A stretch of 63,846 nt of DNA, the filler included, from Gemmatimonadota bacterium (lineage in GTDB: Bacteria > 4572-55 > J002), in the NCBI GenBank assembly GCA_003697105.1. It is 5 parts of 5 records of this genome, joined end to end, with 100 filler letters (N's around TTAATTAATTAA, not from the genome) between each part and the next. Parts side by side here need not be neighbours in the genome. Positions count along the whole stretch, not along the records: positions 12,023 to 31,613 come from RFFQ01000164.1; 4 more parts are not named here. One strand, written 5' to 3'. Positions within the stretch are counted from its first letter, which is position 1; each line of letters begins with the position of its first letter. Below, piece after piece: positions 17,980 through 26,236 of this stretch. The notes under the pieces are model-generated. The model worked only from the letters and a program-made list of their open reading frames with translations. It was not told where the DNA came from and ran no database searches. The position numbers and the translations under genes are program-made.

Positions 17980-19716
17980 ATGCTTGAAAACTATAATGAA
18001 TTAATCACCGGTTTAGATCATGTTATAGGGGACATTTTACAGCTCGCCCACCAACGGCATTTGACGACGCTTACTCAATTCCTGACAGATCATGTTCGCT
18101 TAAAATTGCAAAAAAACGAGTTTTACATTGTCGTTTTAGGAGAGTTTAACGCCGGTAAATCTTCGCTAATCAATGCGTTACTTCAGAAGGATGTCCTTCC
18201 CACATCGGTTCGTCCGACGACGGCAACACTCAATGTGATCACCTATGGCGAATCTGCCCAAGCCACTGCCGTGGGTTATGATGGAACAACGACACCCATT
18301 GAACTTGACCAGTTGCGGAATTACGTGACCGTAAGCGGCAGCCACACGGAAAAAGTCGCACAGGTGAACATCGAATATCCCCTAGATATGTTAAAAAATG
18401 GGGTCATCCTCGTGGACACGCCGGGAGTGAATGACATCAATCTGCAACGCACCGAGATCACGTCACACTACTTACCCAAAGCCGATGCCGCGTTATTTGT
18501 AATGGATTGTAAACAACCGATTAGCCTCTCCCAACTCCAATTTTTAAAGGAAAACGTGTTGGATAGTACCATCCAAAAGATATTTTTTATCCTGACCAAG
18601 ATCGATCAGGTGGAAGAAGGGGAACGCGATGAGGTGCTAGCTTATGTTCGCGAAGAATTGAGCCGGGTGGTGGATCAACCTAAAGTATTTCCGTTTTCAG
18701 CAACCCGCGCCATAGCAGACCCGACCGACTACTATTACCAATATTTTCGGGATTCTCTGAATCAGTTTTTGGCACAAGATAAGGGTAACTTGGTACTCCT
18801 GAGCGGGCTAGCCAGTGCTCAGAATGCCATCAACACACTGAAACGGAGCGTGGCACTGGAAGAAAAAACGGTAAGTGACACGCTGGCAGATTTAGATGCA
18901 AAGATTGAAGCTATCCGCCCCCAAATTGAAGCCAAACAACGCGAAAAACAGCAATTGATTCAAGCAATTGACGATAAAATTGAGGAAGTAAACGGGTATT
19001 TTGTTTCCAGTTTACAGGTATTTACTCATGAATTTTCTCAAAAAATAGAAGATGAAATTCAAACAGCGAATGTGGATGATCTGAAAAAGTATTTGGCGGG
19101 GTTTGTGGAAAGCCGGTTTCGGGAGTGGCTCGATACAGAAAACCAGCGAATTCAAGACGAATTACGGAATTTTACTGCCGGAATTTTGCAACAGACCGGA
19201 GAAATTTTGAAAGAATTAGAAGACCAATTTGCCCAACTCACGGAAATTCCGGCAAAACTTGACCTTGATATGACATACTTCACTCATGATGTCGCACTAT
19301 TTGTGGGCGAGGGGCTGATCATCTTGTTTAGTTTTTCATTACTCTCCGCACCATTCGCCATCATTAGCACCATTTTAGGTGGTGGAGCGCTTTATACCTA
19401 CATGCGGGATTTGCGTCACGAAAAATTTCGAGAAGAATCGATCAAACGCACCCGGCAAGCCATTACCGAAACAAGTGAAACGCTGAAACCAAATGTTTAC
19501 CAGCAATTGAGTGAATATGCCAATCAACTAAAAACGTATGTGAATGATACGATTGAAACATCCATTCACTCTTTGGAAACCACCGTGGATCATATTCGCC
19601 AGCAAAAAACGCGTGAGGGCACGCCGGTAACAGAACAGCGCCGGCAACTGGCAGAGCTGAACAATCAAATCGCCCAATTAGAGGACAAACTCCGGTCAAT
19701 CCGTCAGAAAATATGA
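17980..19716 (+). CDS. Bacterial dynamin-like GTPase
   Basis: G1 GEFNAGKSS, G2 PTT, G3 DTPG, G4 TKID; helical stalk with hydrophobic paddle. Confidence 0.9.
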   Translation: MLENYNELITGLDHVIGDILQLAHQRHLTTLTQFLTDHVRLKLQKNEFYIVVLGEFNAGKSSLINALLQKDVLPTSVRPTTATLNVITYGESAQATAVGYDGTTTPIELDQLRNYVTVSGSHTEKVAQVNIEYPLDMLKNGVILVDTPGVNDINLQRTEITSHYLPKADAALFVMDCKQPISLSQLQFLKENVLDSTIQKIFFILTKIDQVEEGERDEVLAYVREELSRVVDQPKVFPFSATRAIADPTDYYYQYFRDSLNQFLAQDKGNLVLLSGLASAQNAINTLKRSVALEEKTVSDTLADLDAKIEAIRPQIEAKQREKQQLIQAIDDKIEEVNGYFVSSLQVFTHEFSQKIEDEIQTANVDDLKKYLAGFVESRFREWLDTENQRIQDELRNFTAGILQQTGEILKELEDQFAQLTEIPAKLDLDMTYFTHDVALFVGEGLIILFSFSLLSAPFAIISTILGGGALYTYMRDLRHEKFREESIKRTRQAITETSETLKPNVYQQLSEYANQLKTYVNDTIETSIHSLETTVDHIRQQKTREGTPVTEQRRQLAELNNQIAQLEDKLRSIRQKI

Positions 19717-19876
19717 CACAATTTCCATAGGTTGGCTGAATTTTACATCATAACAAAGCATTCGTTCAATGGAGGAAAAGCGACCAATAAAAACATAACC
19801 TTTTTATTATCAATAAATTAGAAGATATAAACTGCACACGACTAAATAGGTATTAGATTTGCAAATGTCATCCGGT

Positions 19877-19953
19877 GGCGGGTTGGAGAAGTTAGGTATC
19901 TCGTCTGGCTCATGACCAGAAGATCCCCCGTTCGAATCGGGGACCCGCTACCA
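19877..19953 (+). tRNA. tRNA with CAT anticodon (Met; atypical initiator-like)
   Basis: Full cloverleaf: acceptor GGCGGGT/ACCCGCT, D stem GAGA/TCTC, anticodon stem TCTGG/CCAGA with loop CTCATGA, T arm CCCCG-TTCGAAT-CGGGG, encoded A-CCA. Confidence 0.93.
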
Positions 19954-19954
19954 T

Positions 19955-19991
19955 AAAAAAGCCTCTCAATTTTGAAATTGAGAGGCTTTTT
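19955..19991. terminator. Bidirectional intrinsic terminator
   Basis: AAAAAAGCCTCTCAATTT / AAATTGAGAGGCTTTTT between the convergent tRNA and the HAMP gene. Confidence 0.88.
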
Positions 19992-20020
19992 GTTATGCCG
20001 GAACGGTGAATAGGGTACAT

Positions 20021-21535
20021 TTACCGCTTTGCCCGAGCGCGGGTCAGCCGCTTCATTGCCGCCTGTAAGCTGGTCGCCAAGCGGGAGATAGAATCGGCTA
20101 ATGCCCCGATTTCATCTTCAGATTGGACATCAATTTTTAACTCCAAATCTCCCATACTGATTTTGTCGGCAAGTTCTGTCAAACGCACAATTGGACGTGT
20201 AATTCCTTGAGAAAATTGGTACGCAAGCCCGATTGCAATTAAACCGAAGACGGCAATAAAAATGATGGTAATCAAGCGGGTATTCCGTGTGGTTCTATCG
20301 ATTTCTGCGGCGGTTTCGGTCGCTTTCTTGTAGAATTCTTCCACACTGGCGCCAACACCCACCCAACCGAAACCTTCCGGGTACGTATATCCCCCGTTAA
20401 AGTAACGGATGGGGGCATATGCCACGAACAAGTTTTTACCTTCCCAAAAGTATTCAATGGAGCCGGGTTCACCTTGGGCAACCCGGTTTGGAATTTTCAC
20501 GATCTCTGTAAATTGCGGAAATTCAGCCAGCACATCTTTCAAAGCAACTAAATTCACTGGGTGGCTCAGGAACGGGTCTTTCAAGTGGTTTGATGCAGAC
20601 GCTGCCGGAAAAGGATTACCATTTTTATCCACACCCCGAATAAACCAATGTTGGTTATTGGCAATAAACCATCCTTCGTTATCCACAATGTAGGCTTCAT
20701 TTCCGGCTTCAGGGTCGGGGATTAAACTGTATCGTTTTTCAGTGGGCACAATATGCGCCACAAATTCCATCAGGTGGGTATGGTTCAAAGCAAGCCCAAT
20801 GACCCCATCAAACGTACCATCATTTTTGAAGACAGGCATCGCAAAGCGGACAATGCCTTGGAAGGGTTTGCCTTTTGCCTCACGCAGATTGGGACCACGT
20901 GTGAGCACATCATCTTGCATCAATACATCATCCATTGTCCGGTAGCGCCCAATCACATGCGAGACAAAAATTTCCCCTTGGCGTGTTCCCGTTAGTTTTT
21001 TTGCCTCCTCAAAATACGTTTCTGCCTTAAAATTTGTATTTTGGCGGACACTCACATTCCGCAAACGCGGCGGATTTTCATCCAGAACAATTCCATCGAT
21101 AACGCGCACCTGTTCCCAACCGGCGGCATCTACATACACTACTTCCGCATAGATGGGTAGGTCAACCCGTTCTTCTTCCCCCGTATTTGGATTGCGGCGC
21201 CATACCTCGCGGACCCGGGTACGAGCGAAGTTCTCATAAACTTCCACATCGCGTGGCAGAAGCGCCAAGGCCCGCAGGTCATCTTCGCGTTCACGCAGGA
21301 AATCCGCTATCTGTTCCGCAATTTCAAACGTACGCAGTTCAATAGCTTCGGTGGACTTTTCATTGAGCGCGGCTTTACTATCTTCAACTGCCCGTGTACC
21401 CACATCCGTGATCCGACTGAGTGCAAACCAGCCAAAGATCATCAACGGCACCAATGAAAGAATAATAAATAGGGAAAATACCCGGAATGAAATGCTTTTG
21501 GGTAGAGAAAAGGAAAAACGCTTGCCTTCAGCCAT
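20021..21535 (-). CDS. Membrane sensor: TM, large Cache-like periplasmic domain, TM, HAMP; no output domain
   Basis: Two TM helices, VAYAPI...GWVGVG Cache-type strands, ITRPIVRLTELADKISMGDL...DEIGALA HAMP, stop about 15 aa later. Confidence 0.85.
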   Translation of the reverse strand: MAEGKRFSFSLPKSISFRVFSLFIILSLVPLMIFGWFALSRITDVGTRAVEDSKAALNEKSTEAIELRTFEIAEQIADFLREREDDLRALALLPRDVEVYENFARTRVREVWRRNPNTGEEERVDLPIYAEVVYVDAAGWEQVRVIDGIVLDENPPRLRNVSVRQNTNFKAETYFEEAKKLTGTRQGEIFVSHVIGRYRTMDDVLMQDDVLTRGPNLREAKGKPFQGIVRFAMPVFKNDGTFDGVIGLALNHTHLMEFVAHIVPTEKRYSLIPDPEAGNEAYIVDNEGWFIANNQHWFIRGVDKNGNPFPAASASNHLKDPFLSHPVNLVALKDVLAEFPQFTEIVKIPNRVAQGEPGSIEYFWEGKNLFVAYAPIRYFNGGYTYPEGFGWVGVGASVEEFYKKATETAAEIDRTTRNTRLITIIFIAVFGLIAIGLAYQFSQGITRPIVRLTELADKISMGDLELKIDVQSEDEIGALADSISRLATSLQAAMKRLTRARAKR

Positions 21536-21558
21536 AAGTCCCTGGATCTCCTTTCGGC

Positions 21559-22560
21559 TCAGTCTAAGATAATCTGCTTAAAGCGTCGGATTGTTTTGAT
21601 TCGATTCGAACTGACCTCATTCCAATCGATCACGAGCGCACGGTCTAATGCGTTTTTAACAGTTGCTCGATCAACACCTGTTGGGGGCGCCACATCAGAA
21701 CGGGCGGATAAAAATGAACCCTCACGTGCCAGAAGCTCTTGGCCTTCCGGGGATAACACATAATCGATAAATGTTTCCGCACCCTTAATATTATCCGAAG
21801 TTTGGGTAATCGCAATCGGACTCGGAATCAAGACAATACCATCTTCAGGATAGATAATTTCCAAGGGGCTTCCCGCCACTTTTTTGGAACGTGCCACATA
21901 ATCCAGCAAGATCGCCACTTGGAATTCACCTTTTTCCAACCGGTCGGCGACTTCACCATTACTGTTTGCAATCACAATGTGGTTAGCGCCTAATGCCTCA
22001 ATAAATTCCCAGCCTTTTTGCTCCACCATTGCCGCTAACCATGCCAACGCCGATCCGGAACGGCGCGGGTCGGGTGAGATAATATTATCTTTCCAGACCG
22101 AATCCTGTAAATCGGACCATAACCGCGGTGCCGCTTCGGGTCGAACTTGATTTGTGTTATAGACAATACACATACTGATCAGACGACCGCCGTAATAATA
22201 ATTATTGGCATCCTTAAATTTTGTCGGAATATGGGAGCCTTCCGGCGAATCATATTGCCGTAAAAGACCCTGATCGATCAGCCGCAAATACTCAGAAGGG
22301 TCTGCCGCCCACACCAAATCCGCTTGTAACCCTTGGGGAGATTCAATTTCCAGCTCAATCCGGGAGCGTAGCGCGGTCGTTGATTCCCGAATAACTTCCA
22401 AATCCAGATCGGGATATGCCTTTTCAAACTCCCCTTCAATTTTTTCAATAATGGGTTGCGGCATGGAGGTATATAATGTTAGCATATTATCATTTTGTCC
22501 ATCGCATCCCCCTAGCCACAGAATAACGAGTCCTAATAGACCATAAGCCGCCCGTCTCAA
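21559..22560 (-). CDS. Lipoprotein solute-binding protein (Fe3+/AfuA-like cluster D)
   Basis: Lipobox LGGC, LTLYTSM, ADLVWAAD, IVYNT, PDPRRSGS, AETFIDYVLSPEGQ. Confidence 0.88.
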   Translation of the reverse strand: MRRAAYGLLGLVILWLGGCDGQNDNMLTLYTSMPQPIIEKIEGEFEKAYPDLDLEVIRESTTALRSRIELEIESPQGLQADLVWAADPSEYLRLIDQGLLRQYDSPEGSHIPTKFKDANNYYYGGRLISMCIVYNTNQVRPEAAPRLWSDLQDSVWKDNIISPDPRRSGSALAWLAAMVEQKGWEFIEALGANHIVIANSNGEVADRLEKGEFQVAILLDYVARSKKVAGSPLEIIYPEDGIVLIPSPIAITQTSDNIKGAETFIDYVLSPEGQELLAREGSFLSARSDVAPPTGVDRATVKNALDRALVIDWNEVSSNRIKTIRRFKQIILD

Positions 22561-22573
22561 GATTCATCCCTCC

Positions 22574-23449
22574 CTAATAGTTCTTTAATAGTGCGAAGAA
22601 GGTTTCTGTAAATGCTTTCATTTTTTCACCATCATCAATTTCCGGTTCTAGCAATTCTAGCAATTGGTTGGTCTTACTTTTGGGAAACTGGTCTAAGGAA
22701 GCATCAAGTTCTTCGACTTTTTCTTCCACAATGATGGGACCCATGGGACCGACCAATTTGGTCAGTTCATCGGAAATTTGGTCCAGAAATGCCGGGTCAA
22801 TCATCTCCTCATCCTGCGAAACCGCCTGCTGGGACTGAAGCATATAGGCATGTTCAATATCCGTTTTGTACACACTGAAAACCGCACCATGCTTCTCGGA
22901 TAGCTCTAGCAATTTCTCAAGGGCGGCATCCCCCTCAATGATATTTCCACTGCTATCGGCATAGGCATTTTCCCGCAGAATACCTTCCCCAAAAAAGATC
23001 GACCCTTCCCCTTGGTCATCATTGATCAAAATTTCAATATATCCCCAGTTTTCCTCATCTTGAACTTTGCTGATCAGCTTATTCAGCTTGACATAATCGG
23101 TGGTTAAACCTTCATGAAGGGGTTGCCGACCCGTCACCATTGCGCAAGTAACGGTTTGTTCACTTTCTAATTGATGAACACTGATCTGCCCATCGTTATC
23201 CCGGCATTTATGAAGCAAATTTTGGTAAGCAACTTTACCCCCCTTTAGCTCCTTTTTGGTGGTGCCTGAAACTTCCATGGCATTGATAATATTACCATTA
23301 TCCAGAAAAATATAGCCATAATATTCCCAGAAGCTCAATTTAACATATCCGGTAAACTCCTCGCTCACTAGATTGTTAATAAATTGAGTAATTTCAATAT
23401 AGCTCGTATATAAATTATCTTTCAGGATAACCCCGTTTGGAAATATCAT
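22574..23449 (-). CDS. Cytoplasmic protein with two tandem DUF4388/DUF2226-like domains and a C-terminal helical domain
   Basis: Internal repeat NLYTSYI...FTGYVKL...GYIFLDNGNI / GLTTDYV...NWGYIEI...GSIFFGEGIL; tail LTKLVGPMGPIIVEE. Confidence 0.65.
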   Translation of the reverse strand: MIFPNGVILKDNLYTSYIEITQFINNLVSEEFTGYVKLSFWEYYGYIFLDNGNIINAMEVSGTTKKELKGGKVAYQNLLHKCRDNDGQISVHQLESEQTVTCAMVTGRQPLHEGLTTDYVKLNKLISKVQDEENWGYIEILINDDQGEGSIFFGEGILRENAYADSSGNIIEGDAALEKLLELSEKHGAVFSVYKTDIEHAYMLQSQQAVSQDEEMIDPAFLDQISDELTKLVGPMGPIIVEEKVEELDASLDQFPKSKTNQLLELLEPEIDDGEKMKAFTETFFALLKNY

Positions 23450-24318
23450 TACTCAAAGGCTCCTTTAGAGAGTTTATCATAAATATAATGAATCTGCAAA
23501 GCTGGAATATCCAGATCGGGCATGTAGGTTTGGAACAGCGCCCAACCCGGGCAACCATTAATATCGACCATATAATAGGCTTGCTTACCAGCCTCAATCA
23601 AATCAAGCGCGGTCACACCCAAATCAAAGAGATTCACAATGGCGAGTGCAAGCTGTTTCAATTGGGGTGACGCCACACCCGGTTCTACCTGAATAGGTTG
23701 CGACCGGTTTGTGCGCCAATCTTCGGTCTGGCGGTACCGGTACAACACACCCGCAATGTCCCCGCCAATAACAAATACGCGAAGGTCTCGGGTATGGGGG
23801 AGATATTCTTGCAAATAGTAGGGCGCCGGAAGGGCTAAGAGCCGATCCCCTAATCCTGCCGTGTCTGCCTGAAAAAGCAACTGACCTCGCCCCCCTTTTG
23901 CCCGATCCGGTTTTGAAATGACGGTGTGTACCCGCTGAATGAAATCCACGGCACACCTGACATCCGAAGTAACAAGAGTACGAGGCACCAAAAACCCATA
24001 TTGAGCCAGAATAGAAGTCGAAACAATCTTGCTACTGCTATAAAAAAGAGCTTCCGGGGTATTAATGAAAAAAGCCTGATCCGAAAGCCAGATTAGTGCT
24101 TTCAGAATAATGGGATCAGACTCAAGCAAATCTAAAAACCCTTTAACAATTATCGCATCAACCTGTTGGTAATTAGTCCGAGAATCCGCTAAAAACGCGG
24201 AGACCAGTTCCCCCGGCGAAATGTAAACTGCCCGACCGTACTTTGCGGCAGATTGAAGCAACTGCGTGGTGCCCCAACCCAGTGTAGGGCTAATAATTCC
24301 AACGGTGTACGACGTCAA
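23449..24318 (-). CDS. RimK/LysX-like ATP-grasp ligase
   Basis: VPRT, KPDRAKGGRG, YLQEYL, DLRVFVIGG, DWRTN, DINGCPG; TAATG overlap with the next gene. Confidence 0.85.
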   Translation of the reverse strand: MTSYTVGIISPTLGWGTTQLLQSAAKYGRAVYISPGELVSAFLADSRTNYQQVDAIIVKGFLDLLESDPIILKALIWLSDQAFFINTPEALFYSSSKIVSTSILAQYGFLVPRTLVTSDVRCAVDFIQRVHTVISKPDRAKGGRGQLLFQADTAGLGDRLLALPAPYYLQEYLPHTRDLRVFVIGGDIAGVLYRYRQTEDWRTNRSQPIQVEPGVASPQLKQLALAIVNLFDLGVTALDLIEAGKQAYYMVDINGCPGWALFQTYMPDLDIPALQIHYIYDKLSKGAFE

Positions 24319-24345
24319 AGAATTTCAGACCTTTACTTCTGATCA

Positions 24346-24374
24346 ATACTATCAAAATTACGAGAGGTTGTCAA
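24346..24374 (-). promoter_or_regulatory. sigma70-type promoter of the ATP-grasp operon
   Basis: TTGACA (24374-24369), 17 nt including extended TG, TAGTAT (24351-24346). Confidence 0.7.
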
Positions 24375-24452
24375 GTAGTAAATTCAAAGCTACTTAAAAA
24401 GTTTACATTAGGCTACGACACTTAATGTAATACATGAAATACATCGGAAAAG

Positions 24453-26219
24453 TTATTCAATATGAACTAGATAGGGCGGAAACAGCATCACAGGATGATC
24501 CTGAGCCAGCCGCCATACCAGCGCGCTTTGGAAAAGCCCCGCGGCATCTGGAATGGCGGCCGATTCCACCAGTTGAGCGGAAGGAGACCCCTGAACCTCT
24601 ACTTCACGAAGAATTTCCGTCAGTAAATTAGGTTCTTTGGTCAGCGTCACCACATGAATTGGGTCGTCATCCTTCATCCCCAATTTCCGTTTGGCAGCTA
24701 AAATAGCACGATCTACGCCACCTAGGGCATCCACCAAGCCGGCATCATACGCTTGTTGTCCCGTCCAGACCCGTCCTTGGGCAACAGCATCCAATTCGGC
24801 ATAGCTCAGACCCCGATTATCCGCCGCTTTTTGGACAAAAATCTTGTAAAAATCCATCACCATTTCGCGGAATTTTGCCCGCTCTTCTGCCGACATCGGC
24901 TTGGATTCGTCAAAAATCGCGGCATATTTCCCACGTTGGATGGATTCCACCGTCATCCCGAGTTTTTCCTCGTACAACTCTTCCATATTCATTTTGACTG
25001 CAAGAACCCCAATCGACCCGGTGAGCGTATTCGGTTGGGCAATAATGCTATCCGCACACATGGAAATATAATAGCCCCCCGATGCCGCCACATCTGACAT
25101 AGAGACGATGACCGGTTTTTTCTCCTTTGTAATCATCAGTTCTCGCCAGATCAAATCCGACGCTAGCCCAGAACCCCCCGGGCTATTCACGCGGTAAATC
25201 ACCGCTTTAACATCCTTATCGTCTCGCGCTTTTCGGATCAGCGAGATCGCATCATCAGCCCCTAAAATTCGCCCCATGAGCGGGTCATAATCATCTGAAC
25301 CGGTGGTAATAGCACCCATCCCATAAATGAGGGCAATCTTTTTACCGGGGACGAAATCGTCCACTGGAGAAGCCGTGGCTAGGGTGTATTTTTTCAATTT
25401 AATGGATGTTAGCGACTCTTCATCGTTATTTTTCTCACGTAACCGCGCATTCACTTCATCTTCATATTGACTCCCATCAATGAGATCAAGCTCAATCGCT
25501 TCTTCTGCATCAATAAACCCATCCTCATTAATCAACCCCAGAACATCATTGACATCAACATGGCGCCGGTCTGCCACTGCGGCGGTAAACCGCTCGTAAA
25601 ATTCATCCAAAATGGAGTTCAAAACTTCCCGTTGGGCATCGCTCATCGTCTCCCGATTAAAGGTATCCGCGGCACTTTTGTACTTACCCACCCGCTCCAC
25701 TTCCGGTTGGATACCGATTTTGTTGAGAGTACCTTTGATAAAACTAACCCGCGCTTGCAGTCCATCCAGATAGAGGTCACCGGTGGGACACAAGTAAATT
25801 TCATCTGCCGCGAGAGCTAAATAATACTCCTTTTCACTACCGGAGATCAGATAAACCACAATCCATTTACCGGATTTGCGAAATTGTGCCAATTTATCCC
25901 GCAATTCTTCAATTTTTGCCCAGCCGCAATTTAAACCGCCCAGTTTTAGATATATCCCGGAAATCCGGTCATCTTTCTGAGCAGTCTCAATGGTCTCCAG
26001 AATACGGCTCAAGGTCAGTTTTTTCTCTCCGAGAAGCGTTTCCAGATAATTTGTTGGGAGATGCTCCGGTAAGTCCCCTTTGATCGTTAATTCCAGTACA
26101 GAATTGTCCTCTACTTTGGGTGGTTTACTCAGAAAATAGATTGCGACGCCGGCAATGATGACAAACAAGATAAATTGAACCAACGAGATAATCAAAAACC
26201 GTTTGATAAATTTAAGCAT
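24453..26219 (-). CDS. sppA: Signal peptide peptidase SppA, long form (protease IV)
   Basis: Two S49 domains; VGKYKSA, RVNSPGGS, SMSDVAASGGYY, TGSIGV, AQGRVWTG. Confidence 0.95.
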   Translation of the reverse strand: MLKFIKRFLIISLVQFILFVIIAGVAIYFLSKPPKVEDNSVLELTIKGDLPEHLPTNYLETLLGEKKLTLSRILETIETAQKDDRISGIYLKLGGLNCGWAKIEELRDKLAQFRKSGKWIVVYLISGSEKEYYLALAADEIYLCPTGDLYLDGLQARVSFIKGTLNKIGIQPEVERVGKYKSAADTFNRETMSDAQREVLNSILDEFYERFTAAVADRRHVDVNDVLGLINEDGFIDAEEAIELDLIDGSQYEDEVNARLREKNNDEESLTSIKLKKYTLATASPVDDFVPGKKIALIYGMGAITTGSDDYDPLMGRILGADDAISLIRKARDDKDVKAVIYRVNSPGGSGLASDLIWRELMITKEKKPVIVSMSDVAASGGYYISMCADSIIAQPNTLTGSIGVLAVKMNMEELYEEKLGMTVESIQRGKYAAIFDESKPMSAEERAKFREMVMDFYKIFVQKAADNRGLSYAELDAVAQGRVWTGQQAYDAGLVDALGGVDRAILAAKRKLGMKDDDPIHVVTLTKEPNLLTEILREVEVQGSPSAQLVESAAIPDAAGLFQSALVWRLAQDHPVMLFPPYLVHIE

Positions 26220-26236
26220 AAAACCTCCTCATGTAG

